From: an uncultured Gammaproteobacteria bacterium
Lineage (GTDB): Bacteria > Pseudomonadota > Gammaproteobacteria > UBA9214
Direction: 5' to 3'
DNA length: 64,000 nt
Assembly: GCA_963748215.1 (NCBI GenBank)
Contig: CAVVHS010000006.1
Coordinates: forward strand, 704,001 to 768,000
How positions within the stretch are numbered: the stretch's first letter is position 1; each line of letters opens with the position of its first letter. The notes beneath the pieces were generated by a model. The model had not been told where the DNA came from. It saw nothing but the letters and a program-made list of their open reading frames with translations, and ran no database searches. The position numbers were made by a program, and so were the translations under genes. Positions 1 through 9,800 of the stretch are shown one piece after another.

Positions 1-2070
1 GCCCGGGTGGCACTGGTAGCAGGTGTCTTCCAGCACCGCCAGACGCGCGGCCTGGTTGGTGATGGCGCCAGCGGCGTTCTGGATCGGTGCCGGCATCGGC
101 GGGAACAGGTTGCCGAGGCTGCCGTGGTGGCTGTGCATCACGTTGGAGTTGCTCGAATGCGCCACCTGGTTACGTCCGTTGGCAGCGGTGCCGGGGGCTC
201 CAGCCACCGGGCCGACCTGCGCCAGGTCCAGCGCCGGGGTGTAGTGACACACCTGGCAGACCGCCGGCTTGCCCTGCACCAGTGCCAGGTTGATCAGGCA
301 GCTGGCGTCGCCGTTTCCGCCATTGGCGGTGACGTCGCACGGCGTTGCAGCGCCCGAAGTATCAACGTAATTGGCACCATGCTTGAGGTCATGCAACCGC
401 AGGATGTTGATGTCCGCGGCATACTCGACGCTAACATCGGTCGGCAGGGTCGGATCCGGGTCATCCAGGCTCGTTGCCACCGGCAGACCGGCGGCCATGA
501 GCGTGCCGGTCGGCTGACTGGTGCGGCTGTTCGGCACGTCGGCCGGATCGGAGTGGCAGTTGGTGCAGCTCGCCTCGCCCGAGATCGGCAGCACGGTATC
601 CACCGTGGCGACGGTGGTGTTGCCCTGCTTGGCCTCGACCCGCACCAGCGGATAGGCGTTCTCGCGACCGTAGTCGTCGTAGGCCGCGAACGGAATGCCC
701 GCACCTTCGTACCAGTTCACGCCCGCGGCGACATAGCCAAACGGGAAGTCGATGAAGAACGGCTTGTCGCCATAGTGCTCGTTGACCGCTGTCGGAGAGT
801 TGATGAAGTACGGGTTGGCCAGACCGGGCATCGCATGCTGCACGGCGGTGAGGCTTTCGTCACCGCTGTTGACCACACCGTCGGCACCGATGTAGAGCTC
901 TTCCACGTTCGGCACCGGCAGGCCCACGTCCAGCGTGACCGGGAACCCTCCGTTTGCCAGCGGCGTAATGCCCAGTCCACCGGGGTAGAACGCGTCGTAC
1001 GCGCCGCCGTTAACCGCATTCCAGAAGTTGGTCTTGTAGCTGCTGCCGTCGGCCTTCAGCCCGCGCTGGACACCCGGAATACCCAGTATCGGGTCATTCG
1101 GATTGGAGGTCGCGGAGTACTCAAGGCCAATACCCGCCGGGTTCAGGGTCGGGGTGCTGCCCCGCTGGATCACCTGACCCAGCAGCACCTGGAACGGCGG
1201 CAGGATGCTGGAGATACGTGTATCCAGGTCGCCGCAATGCATGCCGAGATCGTTGATGGCCAGCACGCGGTAGGCGCCATTCAGCAACGTGTTCACCTCG
1301 GGCACCGTTTGTTCCGGGCAGCCGTCCTGGCTGGTGGAGTTGATGGAGAGGCTATTGGTAACCGGAATACACTGTACCTGCTGCTGTACGCCGGTGCCGG
1401 TCAGGGGCACGTTGACGGTGGTGATGCCGCTGCCGCTGATGGCCAGGTTACCGGTGTCTGCACCGGCTGCGGCTGGGGTGTAGGTAGCCGCGACGGTAGC
1501 CGTAGCGCCGACCGCGACATTGATGGTGGCGGGTGACGTGAGGGCGAACTCGCTGGTGCCGGTGCGGGCCACGCTGAGCGCGCAGGCGGCGGTGCCGGTG
1601 TTTGTCACGGTGGTGCTGCGAGTCACGGTGCTACCCACATTGACACTGCCGAAGGCCAGCGACGTCGGGTTTACCGTGATATTGCAGACCGGCTGCTGCG
1701 CGTCCTGAACGCTGGCCGTCGTGGAGTCGCTGGCCGATGCACCGTCGTTGTCGGTCACGGTCAGGGTTACGGTGTAGTTACCCGCCGCCGCGTAGGTGTG
1801 GTTCGGATTGGCCGCACTGCTGCTGCCGCCGTCTCCGAAATTCCAGGCATAGGTGCTGACAGTCCCGTCCGGATCGCTGGAGCCAGCGCTGGAGAAGCCG
1901 ATTGCTACACCGGTCGTAGCGCTGTAGGGTCCGTTGGCACTGGCCACCGGCGAGAGATTGTTGTCGCCGGTACTGTCACTTCCGCAGGCGGTGAGGCCCA
2001 GTAACATGAATGCGATTGCGAAGCAGGAGAGATACCGGGATAGCCGGGTGGACGTTGTGTTCTTTGACAT
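1..2070 (-). CDS. Lipoprotein multiheme cytochrome c with PKD and Ig-like domains (3' end runs off window)
   Basis: Missing from the ORF track because there is no stop in the window. Manual translation from ATG at 2070 gives MSKNTTSTRLSRYLSCFAIAFMLLGLTAC (lipobox), a PKD motif (SSDPDGTVSTYAWNFGDG), an Ig-like segment, AINDLGMHCGDLDTRISSILPPF, and heme motifs CTNCH, CQVCH and CYQCH. Confidence 0.85.
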   Translation of the reverse strand, partial: MSKNTTSTRLSRYLSCFAIAFMLLGLTACGSDSTGDNNLSPVASANGPYSATTGVAIGFSSAGSSDPDGTVSTYAWNFGDGGSSSAANPNHTYAAAGNYTVTLTVTDNDGASASDSTTASVQDAQQPVCNITVNPTSLAFGSVNVGSTVTRSTTVTNTGTAACALSVARTGTSEFALTSPATINVAVGATATVAATYTPAAAGADTGNLAISGSGITTVNVPLTGTGVQQQVQCIPVTNSLSINSTSQDGCPEQTVPEVNTLLNGAYRVLAINDLGMHCGDLDTRISSILPPFQVLLGQVIQRGSTPTLNPAGIGLEYSATSNPNDPILGIPGVQRGLKADGSSYKTNFWNAVNGGAYDAFYPGGLGITPLANGGFPVTLDVGLPVPNVEELYIGADGVVNSGDESLTAVQHAMPGLANPYFINSPTAVNEHYGDKPFFIDFPFGYVAAGVNWYEGAGIPFAAYDDYGRENAYPLVRVEAKQGNTTVATVDTVLPISGEASCTNCHSDPADVPNSRTSQPTGTLMAAGLPVATSLDDPDPTLPTDVSVEYAADINILRLHDLKHGANYVDTSGAATPCDVTANGGNGDASCLINLALVQGKPAVCQVCHYTPALDLAQVGPVAGAPGTAANGRNQVAHSSNSNVMHSHHGSLGNLFPPMPAPIQNAAGAITNQAARLAVLEDTCYQCHPG

Positions 2071-2465
2071 AGCTTGTGATTCACTCTTGTTGTTATGAAT
2101 TGTTATTGATTAAATACTTACAGAGCATGTGGGTTTGTTTGCCACTGTTCCATAGCAGCAGAATAACCCGCTTTTCACGTAAATCCAGCTATGCAGGCCT
2201 GATTAGAGCGATTTAAACTCGTTTTCTCCCTGTTTCTTACTAATGCATGACTTTATTACTGTGTTTTTCGCTAAGGATCTAAAGAACACAGACGGCTGAT
2301 AAACGCTTCTCTCGCACCGTGAACAGGTTGGGGAGCGGAAATTTATTCAGTCAAAAATATGAATATTCGGATGAACATCGTTTACCTTCATACCGGTTCG
2401 TCACTTAAAGACGAGAGATTTGCTGATTCCCCGGTTGGGACTCAATATAAAGCTGAGTGAGTGTT

Positions 2466-3947
2466 TTAATTTACAGGCCCGGATGTATCGGTCGCGGCAT
2501 TGTCGACAACCTGCAACAGCTCGATGAGATAGATACTCGGCTCGAAACCGCGCAAGCCGCGTTTCCTTACACCGCCAGTGCTCGCGACGTTCGACGGTAC
2601 ATACAGCTCGAATTCTGCCCCTTCCCGCATTTCGAGCAGCGCTTCCTGCCAACCGGGCATAACCTGCTTCATGCTGAACGTCTTTGGCGCTCCGCGCGAA
2701 TATGTTTCAGTTGTTACCGCGCCATCAGGCCTGATTCCCACATAGGAAACCACGACCTGGTCAGCGAGCGTTGGCGACCTGCCGCTGCCAAACTTGACAA
2801 CCCGGTACTGGACGCCATTAGGCAGCGTGGTGACATCCCCGTTGGCCGCATTGTCCTCGAAGAATTCCCTTGCATCCTGCCGTGTATATTGCCGTTCACC
2901 CGCACTGAAAATAGTACGGGCACGACCGGACGTATTTCCGGATAACACCCGGTCAGGCTCGGGCTCGCCGCTAACGGCAGTGTCGAAGGCTGCTGGTTGC
3001 GCAGTTTCAACTGCAACATTTGCCGGTGTTGCATCCGCCACGGTGCTGCTGTCAACATCGGGCGGTTGCAGCTCTTCTTCCAGTGGCAGGTTGTCCATCG
3101 TAGTCTCTCCACTCAAGCCTCCGTTAACAGCGGCCATCAAGTTCTTGATATCCCTGCTCATGTCAGAGAGCATGGCGGCATTCTTCTGTCCATGCCAGAG
3201 CTGGACTCCCCCTACGGCGGCGCCGAGCAACAAGGCAAAGACCGCAGCCGTTATCGTCCAGTTCAGGCGATAATTCTGCTTGTGAACCCGACTCTGCATA
3301 ACCTGGAAATTCTTGAGCACATGCTGGCGTTCATTTTCCAGCTTGATGCCCAGTATCCTGACCTGGTTATCCATGGATTCAAGGCGGTTGCCGGTATCCG
3401 AGAGTGAAACATCAAACTGCCGCAGCTGCTCGACCGACTGGACCTGCAGGTCTCTGATCTGGGTATCTGTCTTGAGCAGCCGGGATGACGTTTCGCTCAG
3501 CGCGTCTTCAAGTGCTTTGACCTGATCACGAGCCTGAACGCGCTCGGTTTCGATTTCCGCAAGTCGCTTTCCCAGATCGAGGATGATGGCGCTGTCTGCC
3601 TCCCTGGCGGTCGCCAGCCGGCTGTTGCTCGATTCGAGCTCGGCCAGCTTTCGGACATCCTCGCCCCGGACACTCTCCAGGTTGTGAAGTACCTGCTCCA
3701 GGTCAGCGATCTGGCGATTTTCTTCATTGCAGACACGTTCAAGGTCCGTGCGAAACCGCTGCACCTGCTCGGTGAGAGCGCGGTTTTGACTGCTGAGGGT
3801 GGATACCTCGTGTTCGAGAACGTCCGAACCGGTCGTCTGTCGGCCACGGCCTGTTGATGGCTGTTTCAGCCTTGAGAGTAGACTTTCCCAGTACTGTCTG
3901 AGTGTGCGCACTGCAATCAACCTCTTATTATTAGCATCCGCAGCCAT
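2466..3947 (-). CDS. FKBP-type peptidyl-prolyl isomerase with long N-terminal coiled coil and one TM helix
   Basis: The C-terminus TLPNGVQYRVVKFGSGRSPT...VMPGWQEALLEMREGAEFELYVPS is FkpA/Mip-like. It is preceded by a heptad-rich region and the TM segment WTITAAVFALLLGAAVGGVQLW. Confidence 0.85.
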   Translation of the reverse strand: MAADANNKRLIAVRTLRQYWESLLSRLKQPSTGRGRQTTGSDVLEHEVSTLSSQNRALTEQVQRFRTDLERVCNEENRQIADLEQVLHNLESVRGEDVRKLAELESSNSRLATAREADSAIILDLGKRLAEIETERVQARDQVKALEDALSETSSRLLKTDTQIRDLQVQSVEQLRQFDVSLSDTGNRLESMDNQVRILGIKLENERQHVLKNFQVMQSRVHKQNYRLNWTITAAVFALLLGAAVGGVQLWHGQKNAAMLSDMSRDIKNLMAAVNGGLSGETTMDNLPLEEELQPPDVDSSTVADATPANVAVETAQPAAFDTAVSGEPEPDRVLSGNTSGRARTIFSAGERQYTRQDAREFFEDNAANGDVTTLPNGVQYRVVKFGSGRSPTLADQVVVSYVGIRPDGAVTTETYSRGAPKTFSMKQVMPGWQEALLEMREGAEFELYVPSNVASTGGVRKRGLRGFEPSIYLIELLQVVDNAATDTSGPVN

Positions 3948-4256
3948 ACCGTCCGCTCGCAGGCCCCGTAATATTATTTATATTGTTTACAGCTTATTAA
4001 AACACACAATTAAGTATTTTTATCAGTATTGACACCAACAGACTCCGGGGCTGGCCGAGTGGTGCTTGACGCAGCCCTCATGCCTGAATAATGTTCATTT
4101 ATTATCTATGTTAATCACATTATTAATTGATATATAACAAATATCAACTCACTTTCCCCGGGTTGTATGCCTCGGACGTTGCGTGAAGCCGTATGGCAAT
4201 AGCGTAGCAGCCGGTTCGCACCCCGGGTGTTGTGGCGGACACAGGGCATGTTTGAT

Positions 4257-4532
4257 TGTAGGGTGCGCTGTGCGCACCATTGACGGTGCGTGCAACGCAC
4301 ACCCTACATTAAATCCTATTTAATCACGACGGTTGCCCGCGGTCGTCATCCTTTGTTCACGGATAGCACCGCAGCACGCCTGCTGGTGCGCGAATGGTTG
4401 AATGAATTCGACCCTACAGGGCTGATTCAATGGCGATGAAACACCGTTGGTCGAATGAATTCGACCCTACAAGGGCCGAATTCATTCGACCAGCAACCTT
4501 GCCATCAGAAGCAACGCGACTCGTCTAAATGT
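4257..4532. mobile_element. REP cluster with RAYT (REP-associated tyrosine transposase) remnant
   Basis: Inverted REP pair GTAGGGTGCGC...GCACACCCTAC and palindromes GGTCGAATGAATTCGACC. Region 4311-4397 translates to KSYLITTVARGRHPLFTDSTAARLLVREW, resembling a RAYT N-terminus. Confidence 0.6.
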
Positions 4533-4565
4533 AGGCTGCAGATCCGACAGGCGGCAGCTAATGCG

Positions 4566-5039
4566 TCAGGGCTTGCGCCCCTTCATGACCGGGTAGTTGG
4601 CCATAAGCCAGCCACCGAAGCCGCGCTCGATGTGAAAGACATTTTCGAAACCGTTATCGAGCAGAGTCTGCTCGGCCAGCCGTGTGCGCCGGCCGACAAT
4701 ACAGTAGATGACCACGCCATTCGGGTTATGCAGCTCGTCCAGGTGCTGATCCAGCGTGTCTTGCGGGATGTTGATGGCGCCGGGGATATGCCCCTTTCGA
4801 TACTCCTGCACGTCCCGTACGTCCACGACCAGGTAGGCCTCCGGCGTATCCTGCCGGGCTTTCAGATCCAGCGCGGTAATGGCCGGTGTCTGAAAATCGG
4901 CCCCCGGTGCGAGGGCCGGCAACAGGTAAAGGGAGAGCAGTACGGCACACCGCACCCTCCCCTTGCGCCAGGCTGCGAACAGACCCTCGGGTGCACATCG
5001 AGACGTCAGCCGCCCGAGCTGTGTTGCAGTCCGGACCAT
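4566..5039 (-). CDS. Secreted single-domain rhodanese-like protein
   Basis: Motifs VVDVRDVQEYRKGHIPGAINIP, VIYCIVGRR and HIERGFGGW; hydrophobic signal-like segment. Start codon uncertain. Confidence 0.85.
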   Translation of the reverse strand: MVRTATQLGRLTSRCAPEGLFAAWRKGRVRCAVLLSLYLLPALAPGADFQTPAITALDLKARQDTPEAYLVVDVRDVQEYRKGHIPGAINIPQDTLDQHLDELHNPNGVVIYCIVGRRTRLAEQTLLDNGFENVFHIERGFGGWLMANYPVMKGRKP

Positions 5040-5089
5040 TCAGGATCGTGGCACTCGTTGATCGCCCATACCCGCCGGCACGTTTGCCG

Positions 5090-6703
5090 CTACTCGCCGC
5101 CGATGGTGGGCGCCTTGCCGCCGCGCAGCTTTTCGATTTCTTCGTAGACCTTTTCCGGCGACTGGGTACCCGTCTCGGACTTGATCTTGTACCAGTCGAT
5201 CTCCTTCTGCATGTGGTAAGAGAGCCTGTCGCTGTAGACCTCGACCGGAATATCTTTCTCTCGCAAGCCCACCACGTACTCGTTCAGCCGCTCCTTGATC
5301 ATGCGTCGCCTGGTCATGCGCCGCGTGCGATCCTCATCGGGGTCAGCATAGATTGCATCTTCCATGTCCTGCACCTGCACCAGATGCCACCCGTTCGGAG
5401 TTTCAACCGGTCCGCCCAGCTCGCCGGGGGCCAGTGAAAAGGCCAGTTTGTCCAGCTCGGGGAAGCCCGTGCCTTCCGTCACCCAGCCGATCTCGCCCAG
5501 CGTCTTGCCAGACGCAGGGATAATGGAATGGTCCTGCGCTGCCTGATACATGGTAATCGTTCCGCTCTCGATCATTTGCTTGATCGCCTCGGCGTCCTCC
5601 CTGGTCTTTAGCACCACGATCTGCAGCTTGCGGCGCGACGGAATCATGATGGAGTCGCGATGCTCGGCATAGTAATCGCGGACTTCCTGATCGCTAGGTG
5701 CGAACGCCTCGACCAGCTTGCCCCTGTGCAGATTGATCAGGTGTACCTTTTTGTACTCGTTGAAGGCATTGAGGTAGGCCGGGTCCTGCTCCAGGCCTGT
5801 GGCCCGTGCCTTGCTGGTCATAATCCGGTAGTCGATCAGTTCGTCAAGCGTGCTGATGCGCCGCTCCACCGACGCTGAACTGCCGCCCGCACTTAAAGGT
5901 ACCTTGACCTGCCCCCAGCGGAGCGGCTGGCCATCGATCTCCGCTACTACCTCGGCATCATCGCGTACCACATCATCTTCGGGATCCAGCTCCGTAACAT
6001 TGATGACGACCGGCACACCGTCCCGCAGCCGGGAGCGCATGTCGGTACCGCCCAGCCCGAGCTTCTGGTCACGCAGCTTGGACGCGATGGCCAGCCGGGT
6101 CTCATCGGTGAACTCGGTGCCCGCGGCAATGTTGTCCTTGAAATATGCCTCGACCTCCGCGTCCGTGACTTCGATCTGCTCCGACTTGTTACGCCGCTGG
6201 TAGACCAGGGCCAGCATGCCGTCTGAGAAGGTCTCGAGATCCCGCTGATACCCGGGATCCTTGTCCACGCCTTTTTGTATTGCATCCAGGTACAGCAGGT
6301 TGGCGCTGATGACCCGATCCAGCAGCGTCAGGCGCACCTGGTCGCGCTCCGGCGAACCCAGCTCCGGTATCGAGAGGCCCACGATGGCCGAGCTGTTGAT
6401 CATGGTGTTGAGCTGATTGAACGAGATGGGCTGGTCGCCAACCCTGGCAATGACGTCATCCTTGTACACCGGTGGCGCCGCTTCAGCCTGCTTCGGTTCC
6501 CCGGCCTGATTCAATGCTTCGGCCTGTTTCGGTTCCCCGGCCTGCTTCGGCACCTCAGCCTGCTTCGTATCCGCGGTGTTCGGTGCTTCGACCTGCCCCG
6601 GTTCCTGGACCGGTTGCAAGGCCTCGGCCTGTACCGGCGGAAACGCGGCAATACCGAGTAAAAAAGGCAATGTGGCAATGGCTACCGATAGAATGCTTTT
6701 CAT
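5090..6703 (-). CDS. PpiC/parvulin-type PPIase, SurA/PrsA-like periplasmic foldase
   Basis: Signal peptide, short QA(E/G)xPK repeats, two SurA-like VIARV/VVAEI segments and a rotamase domain (GEIGWV...FPELDKLAFSLAPGELGGPVETPNGWHLV). Confidence 0.85.
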   Translation of the reverse strand: MKSILSVAIATLPFLLGIAAFPPVQAEALQPVQEPGQVEAPNTADTKQAEVPKQAGEPKQAEALNQAGEPKQAEAAPPVYKDDVIARVGDQPISFNQLNTMINSSAIVGLSIPELGSPERDQVRLTLLDRVISANLLYLDAIQKGVDKDPGYQRDLETFSDGMLALVYQRRNKSEQIEVTDAEVEAYFKDNIAAGTEFTDETRLAIASKLRDQKLGLGGTDMRSRLRDGVPVVINVTELDPEDDVVRDDAEVVAEIDGQPLRWGQVKVPLSAGGSSASVERRISTLDELIDYRIMTSKARATGLEQDPAYLNAFNEYKKVHLINLHRGKLVEAFAPSDQEVRDYYAEHRDSIMIPSRRKLQIVVLKTREDAEAIKQMIESGTITMYQAAQDHSIIPASGKTLGEIGWVTEGTGFPELDKLAFSLAPGELGGPVETPNGWHLVQVQDMEDAIYADPDEDRTRRMTRRRMIKERLNEYVVGLREKDIPVEVYSDRLSYHMQKEIDWYKIKSETGTQSPEKVYEEIEKLRGGKAPTIGGE

Positions 6704-6810
6704 AATGACTCCCTGTTGATGTAGCTACCTGGCCAGATGTTCTGGCCTGCGCTCATTGTTATTCGCACCAGGTTTGACAGCCTGAACTCCAAAAATTCAC
6801 CCCTGAAGGT

Positions 6811-6843
6811 AAAAAAAATGGAGGGGAAGCAACCTTCCCCTCC
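6811..6843 (-). terminator. Rho-independent terminator after the large multiheme cytochrome
   Basis: Minus strand reads GGAGGGGAAGGTTGCTTCCCCTCC followed by ATTTTTTTT. Confidence 0.75.
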
Positions 6844-6896
6844 ACACTGGTTCATGAATCCCCGCTCAGTCCTTCATGAGCGGGCACGATCCTCGC

Positions 6897-9800
6897 TTAC
6901 CAGCCGCAGGTGGTGCCTGTCCTGGCAATCGATACCTCTTCCCACACTGCCTCGGAAACACGCCCCTCGATGAGATGCCGCTTCCACTCTCTACCACGGT
7001 TGGTATTACCGCAGCTCACGTTGCCTTCGTTGCCGTGGCACGCGCGACAGACGGTTGTGGTACCACCGGTGTAGGGGTTGACCGGGTCGGGTACACCCGA
7101 CACGACACCCGCATTGGCCTCGGCATCGTCCATTGCCAGACGCGACACGCGGTTGATCATGGCGTGGATCTGCCACTCTTCATTGTTGGCCGAGATGGCG
7201 CCTGACAAGTTGCCATGGCAGTTCAGACAGACACTGGCACGCGGATCGGCCTCATCCGTGTAGGTGTGGGCCCAGGACACGGCGGCATCAAAGTCATTGA
7301 TCACCGGTACCGCGGGTCCACCATCGACCGGATCCGTGTAGCTCAGACCATCGACCCAGACTGGCACCTGGTCAGCGTTCACATGGGTGTGGCAGGTGGC
7401 ACATTTCAGCGGCCCATGCGAGCCGTCCTGGTTCAGGCCGGCTGCCTGCGCGTACGACGTGTTATCGATGGTCGGGGTCACGGGATAGAGGCCGTGAATC
7501 GACTCATGACAACCCTGGCAGGTGATGTCCTGGTGGCCACGCGAGTAGCGCATCAGGCTGGCCTTGCGCGGATAGTTGAACGGCGGGAACGCATTCACAT
7601 TGCCGCTCTGCTCCGTGTAAGGCGCCTTGTGGCAATCCGCACAGTGTGGCTCACCCGCGCTCAGCCAGTGATCCCGCCCGTCAGACGCCGTGGTGGCCGT
7701 CGAGGTCGAGAACGGAATGGTGAACGCCAGCGAGTTAACCAGCGTTGCCTGGGCCGCCGTTACGCAATCCGGCGTGGTGCAGAAGTCCATGATGTTGGCG
7801 GTGAAGTCGCCATCTGCATCGAAGTTGCCGCAGATGTTGAACACCGGTCCGCCCTCGGCTGAGCAGTCCACCGGACCGACCTGGCCGGGGGTCGAGCAGG
7901 CCTGTCCCGCCGACGGGATCGCCACCTCGATGGTCGCTACATTACCGTCGAAGGTTGGATCAAGCGGCGCCCCGGTGGCAACCGACACCACGTAGTTGCA
8001 GAGCCCTGGATCGCTCTTCCAGATGAAGTGGGTATCATCGGCCGGACGGGTACCCGCACCACTCAACGGCAGGTCGGGATCGATGGCCGGATCCTTGGGG
8101 TCGACCCAGGACTCGAGCTGCGCCAGGGTGGTACCGAGCTGAGTCGCCAGATCGGCCATGTCCACTGCCGCGCGCGGATTCTCACCCGGTGCACAGTCGT
8201 TGTGGACCAGGCTAATGCAGTTCTCGGCCTTCCACATCTGCTGACCGGCCTGGCTGTGACAGTTGGTGCACCAGATACCGCGCATGTCTTCCGTGCCACC
8301 CGGCTCCTGGGACTGGTTACGGAACACGAAATCGGACAGGTACTGACCCACCGCAGTGAGGTGCTCTGGCGTCTCGGCACCGTCGACATCCTTCATCGGG
8401 TTGGAGTGCACGTCACGACCCACGAAGCAACCACCCTGTGCCAACCGGTTGTCGCCGCTGGCCTGGAAGTTGTTGCCGTCCAGGTCGATCGGATAGCCGT
8501 CCATGACACCGTCGGAACGGTGTGCCGGGTGACAACCCTGACAGCCACCATCACGCCCGGTCGCGTCGTTGAAGACGATGTCACCGCCCTCGCTCTGGCT
8601 GCGATGGTTGTGGTGGAGAGCCTGTGAGAGCGCCGGAATCAGGCCGCCCTCGGCACAGCTGGCTGCCCCACCGCAGTTGGTCGACTTGACCACCGCGATC
8701 ACGTTATCAGCATGGCACTTCTGGCAGATGACGCTGTCGTGCCCGATGCGGGTGTTCTGCGGCAGGTCGCACACTTCATCCCCGATACCGGCACAATCCG
8801 CATGGCTGGCACAGGCCGGACCGGTCGGCGCCTTGTTCACCAGGCAGTTGGCCGGCGAGTTGAAGAAAGGCTCGCTCAGACCACCCAGCTCGGTCACCGG
8901 ATTAAACGGCGATCCGGCCGGAATCGCTGCTGCTGCCGGGTAATTGGCCAGGAACTGGGTGCCATGTTGTGTATCGTGGGTCCCCAGGATACTGATGGCT
9001 GCACCCTTCAGGCGCGCATACCAGTCAGAATCACCTCCTGCCACATCCAGGTCGTAGTAGGCCGCCCAGAAATCGTACTCGAGATTGACCAGCACCTCGT
9101 TCGCCGGGATCACGTTCGGGCTGTTGACATTGACATTGCCGAAGGCATCCGTGGGCGGTGCCGAGTGGCAGCGCTCGCAGTTCGGGATGTCGATGGGCGC
9201 ATCACCGAAGCCCTGCACCGGGTGACCCGAGCCATCGAGTACCACGTTCCCCGCGGTGCAGTTACCCGCAGCGTCGCAGACAGCATCGTGCAACTGCGCC
9301 GACATCTGCACATACGGGCGGATGGAGTCTTCGTCCACCAGACCCGGGTCGGCGAAGAAGCCCAGCGTATCCTCGAATGGCGTCAGCGGCAGGCCCAGGG
9401 CCTCCCAGATACGCGGCGAGGTCAGCATGATGGGCAGGTTCTCCACCAGCTTCATCTGGGTGAATACCACCGTACCGGTGTCCTCGGAGAAGGTCATGAA
9501 GGCGTTGTCGTTGAAGACACCGCCCGAGACCGGTCCCATCGGATGACCGCCCGGGCCGTAATTGGTCGGGTAGTCGACATCCAGGCCGAGGCGCAGCTTG
9601 GCGGATTCCAGGCTGGTGCCGGTGGGATTGCTCCCCTCCGTATCGGCGTAAATGTACAGGTGGTTCCACACGGCATTCTGGTAGTTATCCACCGGTACGC
9701 CGAAGGTATTGCCGATATCGCCGTAGTCACCATTGCCCTGCACCACGTTAATGGCTGCACAGGTCAAGGGGTCAAGCGGGTCGGTACACTCAGAGTTACC

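Noticed and set aside
7-1536. 509-aa plus-strand ORF
   Set aside because: Antisense shadow of the minus-strand cytochrome, which has a lipobox and CxxCH motifs.
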